Part shown: piece after piece, positions 9,008-18,381 of the stretch
Layout: each line of letters opens with the position of its first letter
Position numbering within the stretch: the first letter of the stretch is position 1
Program-made: the position numbers and the translations under genes
Assembly: GCA_016937255.1 (NCBI GenBank)
Contig: JAFGWG010000128.1
Location: 3,115 to 67,114 of the forward strand
Reading direction: 5' to 3'
Source: Bacteroidales bacterium
GTDB lineage: Bacteria > Bacteroidota > Bacteroidia > Bacteroidales > DTU049
Length of the DNA stretch: 64,000 nt
Notes under the pieces: model-generated
Told to the model about the DNA's origin: nothing
The model's database searches: none
Seen by the model: only the letters and a program-made list of their open reading frames with translations

Positions 9008-10183
9008 ATGAAAAATACTCTTGTTCTTCTATTCCTTGCATTATTCTCAGTAAATGCATTTTCTCAAACTGCAAACTCAATTACCAATGGTAGTTTTTTT
9101 ATGCCTACTACATGGGATTGTACGTGTATTCCAACTGATGGATATACCATTACCATTAATCACGATGTTACACTTGCTTCAGATTATTTATTGAGCTCAG
9201 GTGGTATCACTATTAACAGTAGTGGATCATTGGTAGAATCAGGAAGTGGCCATGGATTATGGTTGACGGGGTTTGCATTATTAGATATACAAGGAACTTT
9301 TACTTTTTCCAAACTCTTAGCTACTGGTGGTACGCTTTCCAATAGTGGAACCATGAATGGCCTTGATAGTTTGTATGTGGGCGTAGATTTCACCAACGAC
9401 GGTTCTGTTATTGCAGAAGATTTCTTCAATGGTGGAACTATGATCAATAATTGGTATGTAGATGCTGTGAATTTTTTAAATGAAAGCTCTTTTACCAATA
9501 ATCAAACTGCAGATTTAGATAATTTCTTCAACGACTCTCTTGCAGTAAATATTGGAACTCTTAACGCAGCAGATATGTATAATAATGCGGATCTAAATAA
9601 TCAGGGAACTATGAATATTTCTCATGATTTTACCAATGCTCATGCTTTTTTTAATGAATCAAACTTTACCGTAGCCAATAATTGCACTAATGGAGATTCT
9701 CTTAGTCATGATGCAGTATGGACTAATAATAGCATTGTAACCATTCAAATGAATTTTCAGAATTTGGATACATTACTGGGTTACGGGTCTTTTTGTATTG
9801 GTCAAAATACTGCCAATTATGGTTATATGGATGGAACATATATGTTTTGTGACAATAGTAATCCAGGTACAATTGATATAAATAGTGGGTTTATTGGAAC
9901 TGGAATCACGTATTGTAGTAGCCCCTGCTTAAGCTCAATTTTGCAGAATGATGTTTTTCCTGTTCAGGCATATCCTAATCCTGCATCCGAAATTGTTAAT
10001 ATTGAATCCTCTGAAACGGTGATGCATTTTTCAGTTCTTGATATTGCAGGTAGAGTGATTCGTGTTGAAGAGGTGAATGACACTCAGTTTACAATTGGCG
10101 TTGAAGACTTGAAGGCAGGCTTTTACTATATCCGATTGGATGCTGAAAATGCTGTTCAGGTTATTTCTGTTGTAGTGGAGTAA
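9008..10183 (+). CDS. T9SS type A cargo protein with Asn-ladder beta-solenoid repeats
   Basis: Signal peptide; roughly 17-aa Asn repeats; CTD with YPNPAS...DIAGR...GFYYIRL. Confidence 0.85.
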   Translation: MKNTLVLLFLALFSVNAFSQTANSITNGSFFMPTTWDCTCIPTDGYTITINHDVTLASDYLLSSGGITINSSGSLVESGSGHGLWLTGFALLDIQGTFTFSKLLATGGTLSNSGTMNGLDSLYVGVDFTNDGSVIAEDFFNGGTMINNWYVDAVNFLNESSFTNNQTADLDNFFNDSLAVNIGTLNAADMYNNADLNNQGTMNISHDFTNAHAFFNESNFTVANNCTNGDSLSHDAVWTNNSIVTIQMNFQNLDTLLGYGSFCIGQNTANYGYMDGTYMFCDNSNPGTIDINSGFIGTGITYCSSPCLSSILQNDVFPVQAYPNPASEIVNIESSETVMHFSVLDIAGRVIRVEEVNDTQFTIGVEDLKAGFYYIRLDAENAVQVISVVVE

Positions 10184-11347
10184 TTACTCTGCACCGTACT
10201 CGGAAATACGAAAATCATCTGGCATTTTACTGCGAGTGTTTGCGATAACTTCTTTGAAATCATCCTGATCTTCTTTTCCAGGAATTAAGGTGTTCAAGTG
10301 TTTTTCTGTATAAATCGCTGGCATCAGAAAATAGCCTGGTCTCTTACTGCTTTTATATCGGTAAAAAGGAAGATATTGAATATTTGCTATTTCCGGTCTG
10401 CCGTACCTGCTTTTTTTCAAAGTAAAACCTACCATTAGACCTGCATCGGTAAACTGATCTTTCTGGTTGGAAATAAAATTTCCTAATGACCAAATAACGA
10501 GTCTGTCTTTAAATGATCCAGGTGCATCCATTAATTCAATAGGCTGCACAATATGAGGATGACTTCCAATTATCACATCAACTCCTTCGCGAAGTAGAAA
10601 ATCTGCCACTTCTTTTTGATTTGCATTGGGTTTGTGCTGATATTCTTCTCCCCAATGTATAGACATTAATATTGCATCTGGTTTTTGAGCTTTGGCTTTC
10701 GCAATATCATCCTTTATTTCATTGGTGTCGATATAATTAACAAGATATGGATCAGGAGCATCTATTTTGTTGGTGGCATAAGTAGCATTGAGCATGGCAA
10801 TTTTCCAGCCATTTACTTCGAAAATGAGCGGATATAATTGGTCTCTCTCTTCTTTGCTTCTAAAAGTACCAGTGTGCCAAATTTTTGCACTGTCGGCAAA
10901 ACTCAGGGTCCCTTCAAAGCCTTTTGCCCCACGGTCGCAAGCATGATTATTGGCCATAACAAAGAAGTTGAAGCCAGCTCTTACAATGGCATCGGCATAT
11001 ACGTTTGGTGCACTGAATCTGGGATATCCTGTATATTTTGGCCCGGCTAATGTGGTTTCGAAATTTACAATTCTAACATCTGCTTCGCTTAAAATAGGTC
11101 TGATATAAGTATAGCATGAATCGAATTCAGGGCTGCCAGTTTCGGGATTTATAGCGGCACTGTATTGAGGCATATGCATCATTGCATCTCCAGTAACCCA
11201 GAATGTTACAGTGGAGGTGTCTTCAACAAATACTCGGGTTTTAACTCCGCCATGGTTATCAGGCGCTTTCATGCGAATTAGTAGAAAAACAATCGCTGTG
11301 ATTGCCAGAACACTGCCGGCGTATATTAGAATCTTTTTCTTAGTCAT
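10184..11347 (-). CDS. CapA (PGA_cap) family metallophosphoesterase-fold protein
   Basis: N-terminal TM anchor; GDAMMH, NFET, ANNHACD, HWGEEY, GSHPH and SLGNF motifs. Confidence 0.9.
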   Translation of the reverse strand: MTKKKILIYAGSVLAITAIVFLLIRMKAPDNHGGVKTRVFVEDTSTVTFWVTGDAMMHMPQYSAAINPETGSPEFDSCYTYIRPILSEADVRIVNFETTLAGPKYTGYPRFSAPNVYADAIVRAGFNFFVMANNHACDRGAKGFEGTLSFADSAKIWHTGTFRSKEERDQLYPLIFEVNGWKIAMLNATYATNKIDAPDPYLVNYIDTNEIKDDIAKAKAQKPDAILMSIHWGEEYQHKPNANQKEVADFLLREGVDVIIGSHPHIVQPIELMDAPGSFKDRLVIWSLGNFISNQKDQFTDAGLMVGFTLKKSRYGRPEIANIQYLPFYRYKSSKRPGYFLMPAIYTEKHLNTLIPGKEDQDDFKEVIANTRSKMPDDFRISEYGAE

Positions 11348-11357
11348 AGTCGTGAAA

Positions 11358-12785
11358 TTACTTTTGCAAAAGTAGTTTAATTGTGTGAATTTTCTCTTTG
11401 CTTATAAGAGAAAGGAAGTAGAGCCCATTGGCTTCATTGCTAAGATCTATTTCGCTATTTGAAATTTCATCCCCTTCGCGTATGGTTTGACCATATATAT
11501 TACTGATAATGAAATGAGAATAATTCACCTTTGTGTGAATGAAGAATCTATCTCGGGATGGATTTGGAAAGGCTGAAATTTCATTTCCAAAATTATTTTC
11601 ATCAATATGAGCATAATGAATATGATCGCCATCGTTGTAAGTATGCGTAGAATCTAGTTTAATGAGTAAAATACTTGTAACATTGCTGGTATAATTTTCA
11701 GTTGAACCAATCATTACAAGCCCACCATCAGTTGCCAATGCCACATCTTCTCCATAATCGTTTTGTACTTCACCGTAATATGCGATGCCCCCATATCCCG
11801 AGCTGTCGATAACAAGCCCATAATCACTATTGCCAAAGCTTAAATAGCCGTCTAGGGTAGGACCTAAAGTATATACAACAGATTTATCATTGATAGCCAT
11901 TCTGTTTACATATAAACTGCCATAATAACCACCGGCTCTGTCGAAGATTACAAATCCGCTGGTATCAAGACATGCAAAGTAGTATGATTCATGTGATGAT
12001 GTGTCGTTTTTATAGCCCCCGCCAACCCAGAGTCTATGGTATGAGTCTTCTCCTGTACATCTCAAATAATAATCAACACTATCGCTGCCAAAAGGAATTG
12101 ACCATTTTACATTGAGCAATTTATCCATATACAATACGGTGCTAATGCATGAATCGTTATTTATATCAGTGCTTTGTGCTGTTAATACGAGTGAACTTGC
12201 CAATGTGTCGATATATGTTCCTTTGTCTGTATATGCAAAATCCAATCGGACGTACATGAGTGAATCGCCGTTATTGCCAGATAATTTATAAATAACAGCA
12301 TCGGTGTTGAACGTATCGTATGGGAATGAATAACCAGTAACCCAAACATTGGAGGCCAAGTCTGAGACTAATGATTTTCCAAAATCCCAAGAAGGAGTAC
12401 CCAATACTTTCTCCCAGAGTTGTTCACCATCGATGCTATATTTTGCGGCATAAATCTGATAATCAGAGTTTAATAGAACGGTTCCGCAAATAAGAAAAGA
12501 GGTATCATTGAACCAGGTAATATCTTCTACCGTTGCAATATCGTAAGTATTGATATATTTTTCCCAAATGAAAGCTCCGGCTGAATCAACTCGGAAAAGC
12601 CAAATACTTCCGTTACTTCCTCCAACGCTTCTGTTTCCACAAATGATATAGCTGGTATCGGGAAGTGCAAGTATGCCTTTCCCATAGTTAAAATCACTGC
12701 CTCCATAAGTTCTGATAAAGGACGAATTTTGTGCAAATGATAAACCGAGTATGAACAGAAGAGATATGCTAAAAACTACTTTCAT
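11358..12785 (-). CDS. T9SS type A cargo protein with beta-propeller-like repeats
   Basis: Signal peptide from ATG 12785; repeats of the type xDSxGxxxWxK; CTD FPNPS...NIYGQ...GLYFL. Confidence 0.85.
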   Translation of the reverse strand: MKVVFSISLLFILGLSFAQNSSFIRTYGGSDFNYGKGILALPDTSYIICGNRSVGGSNGSIWLFRVDSAGAFIWEKYINTYDIATVEDITWFNDTSFLICGTVLLNSDYQIYAAKYSIDGEQLWEKVLGTPSWDFGKSLVSDLASNVWVTGYSFPYDTFNTDAVIYKLSGNNGDSLMYVRLDFAYTDKGTYIDTLASSLVLTAQSTDINNDSCISTVLYMDKLLNVKWSIPFGSDSVDYYLRCTGEDSYHRLWVGGGYKNDTSSHESYYFACLDTSGFVIFDRAGGYYGSLYVNRMAINDKSVVYTLGPTLDGYLSFGNSDYGLVIDSSGYGGIAYYGEVQNDYGEDVALATDGGLVMIGSTENYTSNVTSILLIKLDSTHTYNDGDHIHYAHIDENNFGNEISAFPNPSRDRFFIHTKVNYSHFIISNIYGQTIREGDEISNSEIDLSNEANGLYFLSLISKEKIHTIKLLLQK

Positions 12786-13968
12786 TTTTTGAGAATTTGA
12801 AATAAATACCGGCGTAAACACCATACGATAAAACTTTATTCACTCCAAGTGCCGAAAGTAAGGCTGGAGATGATATCTTGAAATGAATATTATCTTTCAG
12901 AACACCTTCTATGCCCAGCCCAGCATTGAACCCTCCAAACCCACCATATTTTAAAGGGAGACTTATGGCAATAGACTTATACACTTTTTTTGATGGAGAC
13001 AGTGAAACATAAGGGATAAACCCGGGAACATCAATGTATAATGCAGATATGTCTATTTTAAAAGCCTGAAATTCTTTTTGCAAAGAAATATTTGCTTTGA
13101 AAGGCAAGTTGCATTTAATTTTAGCGGTGTCTCCAGCTAATGAAAAAGCGTTTTCGATGCGATGTATTTCATTGTCGATATCGCTGCTTATGTCGCTGAG
13201 TTCATTGAGTTCAAATCCATCAAACTCGATTAAACTGTCCTTTTTAGTATTAACGCTGCGATCATTATACCAGATTAATCCAAGATTGCTTACAGATGCC
13301 TGCCATTGTATTCCAGAAAAAACCCCTTCTGCACCAATTCCGGCAGAGAAGCCAAATCCTTTTATTATTGGATAGGATGGCGTGCGACTATAGCTGAGAT
13401 TATAATCCAGAGCAATACTGTCTGTGATTTCGCTAGTGTACATTTGTAGTTGGGTACTGCTAATATTCTGATAGTTTAATCCAAAAGCAGGTCCGGCTGA
13501 AGCATTAATTGTTAGCTTGTCGTTTATTTTCCACAGTATTCCACCTCTGATGTCAATAAACTCATATAGCTGTAAGTTTGTGGGAGTCAAGTCAATATCT
13601 CTGCCCGAAAAGGATTTATTGCCTACAAAAGCCAATTCAAAAAGATCTTTGGAAAATTCGATGCCCATCATTTTTTGATGAGAAGTTGAAATATATGGGC
13701 CTATTTTTTTTTCGGTTTTAATATAGCCGAATTGAAAAGAATTCATCGTATGATATCCAATATTATTTTTGGCATTCAGGTTGTTAAGGGCAGCCAATTT
13801 GCTTGTAGAATCTAAAAATTCACCGGTGTAGAAATCGAGGGAGAAATCATTAAGTAGGGTACGACTTTCCACCATTGAAAATGATTTTATCGACCATATT
13901 TTCTTTTCGAAGTCCTGTGCCATTATGGTGAAAGGGAAAATCAGTAAAATCAGTAGGAACTTTTTCAT
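12769..13968 (-). CDS. Outer-membrane beta-barrel protein, DUF5723-like
   Basis: Signal peptide; FSKDLFELAFVGN and ASVSNLGLIWY motifs; amphipathic strands; C-terminal Phe. Confidence 0.6.
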   Translation of the reverse strand: MKKFLLILLIFPFTIMAQDFEKKIWSIKSFSMVESRTLLNDFSLDFYTGEFLDSTSKLAALNNLNAKNNIGYHTMNSFQFGYIKTEKKIGPYISTSHQKMMGIEFSKDLFELAFVGNKSFSGRDIDLTPTNLQLYEFIDIRGGILWKINDKLTINASAGPAFGLNYQNISSTQLQMYTSEITDSIALDYNLSYSRTPSYPIIKGFGFSAGIGAEGVFSGIQWQASVSNLGLIWYNDRSVNTKKDSLIEFDGFELNELSDISSDIDNEIHRIENAFSLAGDTAKIKCNLPFKANISLQKEFQAFKIDISALYIDVPGFIPYVSLSPSKKVYKSIAISLPLKYGGFGGFNAGLGIEGVLKDNIHFKISSPALLSALGVNKVLSYGVYAGIYFKFSKNESSF

Positions 13969-15527
13969 GAGTTGATGTGATAGTCAAATAATCCGGAAAC
14001 AGAGAAAAGCAATTTATAGTCAGAATAGAAACGCACTTTTTGGCCTGAATTTCCTGTGTTAAAAACGGCCTCTATAACAGCCTTTTCAGCATCATAGAGA
14101 TTTTGGGTTTGGGAAGTGTTTAGGTAGATTTCCAAGTGAGATATTATTGGTTCTGTTACCCTGCCGCTACCATCGACTGGCGCAGCGGATATAATGTTAT
14201 CTGGAGTGATACTGTCAATAGCGGTGTTGTTATTATCCAGTAAATAAATCTTGAAGGATGCACTTAAGGGGAAACCGTTGCTGACATCTAGGTATAGTAT
14301 TGACTCAGAAATGTAACTTTCGTTACGGTTAAGTTCGTATTCAATGGTATCCCTCATGGTGAGATTGGAAAAGGCTAGGTTTAAAGGAATTTCCATATGT
14401 GCAATTGCTTTGAAGCCCTTGCCGAAATACACAAAGTCGTTGCCCGAGCTGATATTGCCTAGTGGATTTATTTCCCCTTTCATTCCATAAGCAAGTGAAC
14501 TTGGCATATTTTCGATGAAATCTTCTACATTATCACCACTGAAATCCATAAGAAGTGTTGATGGTGTTATATTGCCGCTATATGGCGGGTTTTCAATGGC
14601 TCTGGTAAGATTAATGGTTTTACCAACCCAATTGCTAACGAGCGAGACAGTAGATTGCCCATAGCCATCAAGATGTGTAAGCTGAAAGCTGGCGTCGGCA
14701 CCTATGCTGTTTTCAATTTCAACACTCATGTCTATGTTTTCGAGATCGATGGATTCGATATCAAGGTCTCCAAAAATATCGAAATCACTCACATCGTTTT
14801 CATCAAAGGCATGTTGCCCGAAATATCCACGAGCGTAATCAAGAACGATGTCTTGAAACTCAACCAAAATATCAATGCTGTCTCCGTAATTTATTTGTAC
14901 TGGATTTGTAGCGTATGGATTGGCATACACCTTTATGGTTGATGTGAGGGAATTGCAATGTAAATATGAACCTCTAAGGTTAAGGGTCATGCCAGAGACA
15001 TCGTATTCATCGTAAAGAAAATTTCCAGTATTATTAAAGCTGGGAATTAACCCACTTACTTTGACTGGGCTACCATTTAGGCTTGAATTGTCTAAGCTGT
15101 ATTCAATAAATGCATCGTCTCCAACATAATTGTATGCTCTGATAACCAATTTCCCGCTTTTAACTTTCATTTCCGTGAGTTGAGCTCCATCCATATCATA
15201 ATATTTGGATTCGGTTTTTTGCAAAACAAGTGCACCTGGAGGGGCTAAAATACCGATTGGAATTATAAAGTGAGTATAATAAAGTGAATCGGGAACGCTA
15301 ACAATTGAGTCTGCAGACAAAGAAAATAGTTCTTTATCAAATACAACCGTAACAGAACTGTCGGGGTTGATTTGAATCATTGTGTCACCTACTAAATCTT
15401 CAATGCCAAGGCTTGCATTGAACAATGGGGTTTTAAGAGATACATCCCATGAAGGATCCTTTCGACAGGAACTCAACGTGAAGAATATCAGAAATAGGAC
15501 AAAACCTGTTTTTATAATAGAACGCAT
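13965..15527 (-). CDS. Hypothetical beta-rich lipoprotein
   Basis: Lipobox LSSC after a hydrophobic stretch from ATG 15527; ATGA overlap with the barrel gene. Confidence 0.75.
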   Translation of the reverse strand: MRSIIKTGFVLFLIFFTLSSCRKDPSWDVSLKTPLFNASLGIEDLVGDTMIQINPDSSVTVVFDKELFSLSADSIVSVPDSLYYTHFIIPIGILAPPGALVLQKTESKYYDMDGAQLTEMKVKSGKLVIRAYNYVGDDAFIEYSLDNSSLNGSPVKVSGLIPSFNNTGNFLYDEYDVSGMTLNLRGSYLHCNSLTSTIKVYANPYATNPVQINYGDSIDILVEFQDIVLDYARGYFGQHAFDENDVSDFDIFGDLDIESIDLENIDMSVEIENSIGADASFQLTHLDGYGQSTVSLVSNWVGKTINLTRAIENPPYSGNITPSTLLMDFSGDNVEDFIENMPSSLAYGMKGEINPLGNISSGNDFVYFGKGFKAIAHMEIPLNLAFSNLTMRDTIEYELNRNESYISESILYLDVSNGFPLSASFKIYLLDNNNTAIDSITPDNIISAAPVDGSGRVTEPIISHLEIYLNTSQTQNLYDAEKAVIEAVFNTGNSGQKVRFYSDYKLLFSVSGLFDYHINS

Positions 15528-15652
15528 AATTCGCTTTTTACAAAGACAAAAATACAGAATATTTCGTTGCAAGCCTAATTGCTAAATGCATGGTAATTTA
15601 TCGTCTATAATATTGATATTGGGTTTAATTTGTATTTTTATCAAAAAATGCA

Positions 15653-16594
15653 ATGAAGCGTCTTGCAATTGTAATATCGGTTTTTAATGAAGTTGACAAT
15701 TTGAATGTGATTTTTGACGAATTGCTGCAGAATTGTCCAGTAAATAAGCAGGAATTGGATGTAATTTTTGTAAATGATGGGAGCTCTGATGGTAGTAAGT
15801 CTATTATTGATAGTATCTGTAATGAAAACCCCAATATCTGTAAAGCTATTCATTTCTCCAGAAACTATGGTCATGAGGCGGCAATGATTGCCGGAATTGA
15901 TTTTGCAGATGCAGAAGCCATAATTTGTATGGATGCTGATTTACAACATCCTGTTTCTGAGCTGAAAAGAATGTTCGAGAGCTTTGAAGAGGGCCATGAT
16001 ATTGTTTTGATGCAGCGATTAAACAATAGAAATAGTATTCTTAGAAATATTTTGCATAAGGCTTTTTACCGACATCTGAGTAATAATAATTCAGTTAAAT
16101 ACACCAATAATGTGTCTGATTTTTTTCTGATATCGAATCGCATATCTGTTGTATTGAAGCACGATTTCAGAGAAAGAAATCGATTTATTAGAGGATATAT
16201 ACAAAGTTTAGGTTTTAAGGTTGCCTTATTGCCTTATAATGCAGGTGAGCGTAAATCAGGGAAATCTAAATATACTTACAGAAAGCTACAAAATTTTTCT
16301 GTGAACTCGTTGATGGCCAATAGCAATTTTCCTTTGGTTTTGAGTTGGTATGTTGGGCTAATAATGATTGTTTTCAGCATGGCTTTTGGCGGGTACTCTT
16401 TAGTGATGTATTTTGTGAATAAGCCTGTATCGGGTTATACAACAATAGTTTTACTCATTAGTTTTATTGCGGCAGTGCAGTTTTTAATTCTGGGAATTTT
16501 AGGCCGATATATTGCATTAATTTTTGATGAAATAAAGCGTAGACCAATTTATTTGGTTGATCGATTGGTAAATATTGATGAAAAGAAAGGCTAA
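15653..16594 (+). CDS. GT2 polyprenol-phosphate glycosyltransferase (GtrB/ArnC-like)
   Basis: FVNDGSSD, SRNYGHEAA, MDADLQHP, two C-terminal TM helices, KRRPIY. Confidence 0.92.
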   Translation: MKRLAIVISVFNEVDNLNVIFDELLQNCPVNKQELDVIFVNDGSSDGSKSIIDSICNENPNICKAIHFSRNYGHEAAMIAGIDFADAEAIICMDADLQHPVSELKRMFESFEEGHDIVLMQRLNNRNSILRNILHKAFYRHLSNNNSVKYTNNVSDFFLISNRISVVLKHDFRERNRFIRGYIQSLGFKVALLPYNAGERKSGKSKYTYRKLQNFSVNSLMANSNFPLVLSWYVGLIMIVFSMAFGGYSLVMYFVNKPVSGYTTIVLLISFIAAVQFLILGILGRYIALIFDEIKRRPIYLVDRLVNIDEKKG

Positions 16595-18381
16595 TTTTCT
16601 TTTATATAATTGGCTACTCCTTCAATTATGACTTCAATTTTACTGCAATGGATATTATCTTTGTTTGGACTGTTTAGGAATACTTTGATATTGAGGTTCT
16701 TGTCGCCAAAATTACTTAGTGGAATTTCGGTTTCGTCATAGATATTGGCGCTGGAGTTTTTCGATGCAGCTTTCAATGGGAGGCTGTTTGCCCACATAAA
16801 TTCATTGTCTTTATAAATAGCAATAATTAAAAAAGTTTCATCTTTGAACTTATTTTCGCTGTCTGGAACTATATTTACTTTAACCAGTGGATTAAAGACA
16901 GTATCGGGCATAATTATATTGACAAGATTGTAATAAACCAGTTGGTCAGAAACTAAGTTTTCTTTCATGAAATAATAGTCAGTATCAGAAAAACTTGTGC
17001 TTGTTTCAGGAGTGGAAAAGTCCTCTTCATTTCCTAAGATTGCATTTTCATAATCTGGGGGTTGAAGTAAGAAATAATAATTTTGAGTTGGATATATCCG
17101 AAGAAAGGACTCGAAATATGCTTCACGAGTCATTGAATCCCAGTGAATTGCTCCGCGAATAAATTGAATGGTTTGAAAATATCCATGAGCAGTAAAAACT
17201 ATGAAAATTGTAAAAAAGGCAATTCTGAAATATTTTCTTTTTTGATAGAGGATATCTAAGAAACCAGCTAGAGGAATAGCCATTAAGGCATAAATATCAA
17301 CCATGGGTCTGCTGCTGTAGCTGCCGCCATACCACCAACACCACCATGAATAGGTGACATATATAAAAATGGGGAGAAATATAATATAGGAAAGTCTGTA
17401 GTTTTTGAATTGTTTTTTGCTGATAAAAATTCCCAATATTGCTAAGATCATTATTGGGGTATAGATGAGCCATCCTTTTCTAAATCCGAAGAGAGCTTTA
17501 TGAATATTAAAGTTTCCAAAAAAGAATTCTTCGTCGTATGAATTAAAAAAGAAATGTCCGGTTTGACTTTTCCAATACAGCATTTGAGGCAGCCAGACAA
17601 GAAGTGTCATTATAGTCATTAGCCCTATGACAGGCCATTGTTTAAGTAGTAATTGCATTCGTTTTTTGAAGTCGCTTATACTTGCAATACCCCATAAAGG
17701 GATGAGCAAAACAATGAGAACGTTGCTTGGGCGAATTAAGGTTATAATGCCTGTTAATAATCCTAGAAATATGGAATGCTTCATTTTTTGAGTGGTCAAC
17801 CATTTATCGCAGAAAAATATAAATGCTGCGATTAGTGCAAAACTGTAAGCATGCGACATTCCGGGTTCAATAGTCGCATAATAGAATAAATTTGTTGCAA
17901 AATAGATTAGCATGATTGTGATTGCGGTGACTATTGGCGGGAAGAATTTTTGAAGTAATTTTTTGGTTAATAATAGCCCCAGCAAAAGATAAAATAGAGT
18001 GCCGAATGAAATGGCCGTTTTATAAGCTGCGGAGTATCCGTCTGCAACATGACCGGTGAGATTTTCATAGGCATGGGCAATGAAGAAAAAGGGTGCATAC
18101 ATTATTGACATTCCCATGCTTGTTTTAATAATGTAGTTTCCATTTTCTAATTGTCTAGGCCAGAATTTTTTAGAGTAATCTTCTTCTCCATTTTCAATGA
18201 AAGAAAGAGAAATATCGTTATAGATAAATGTAGCAGGCAAATAGGAGTAGTATGAAATAACATCCCACTCAATTACTCTTTTATTCCATGAGTTTGTTCC
18301 AAATTTGAAACCCATGGTGAAAAGCATAATGAATATAATGCTTATCGTTGGTAGATTCTTGAATTTGATTTTAGTAGCCAT
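16591..18381 (-). CDS. Multi-pass membrane protein, putative GT-C fold glycosyltransferase
   Basis: WDVISYYSYLP first loop, many TM helices, LIRP, KGWLIYTP and WWYGGSYSSRP motifs. Confidence 0.7.
   Translation of the reverse strand: MATKIKFKNLPTISIIFIMLFTMGFKFGTNSWNKRVIEWDVISYYSYLPATFIYNDISLSFIENGEEDYSKKFWPRQLENGNYIIKTSMGMSIMYAPFFFIAHAYENLTGHVADGYSAAYKTAISFGTLFYLLLGLLLTKKLLQKFFPPIVTAITIMLIYFATNLFYYATIEPGMSHAYSFALIAAFIFFCDKWLTTQKMKHSIFLGLLTGIITLIRPSNVLIVLLIPLWGIASISDFKKRMQLLLKQWPVIGLMTIMTLLVWLPQMLYWKSQTGHFFFNSYDEEFFFGNFNIHKALFGFRKGWLIYTPIMILAILGIFISKKQFKNYRLSYIIFLPIFIYVTYSWWCWWYGGSYSSRPMVDIYALMAIPLAGFLDILYQKRKYFRIAFFTIFIVFTAHGYFQTIQFIRGAIHWDSMTREAYFESFLRIYPTQNYYFLLQPPDYENAILGNEEDFSTPETSTSFSDTDYYFMKENLVSDQLVYYNLVNIIMPDTVFNPLVKVNIVPDSENKFKDETFLIIAIYKDNEFMWANSLPLKAASKNSSANIYDETEIPLSNFGDKNLNIKVFLNSPNKDNIHCSKIEVIIEGVANYIKEN

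Noticed and set aside
10184-11347. CapA as evidence of a poly-gamma-glutamate capsule
   Set aside because: No capB or capC nearby; stand-alone CapA-domain proteins are widespread.
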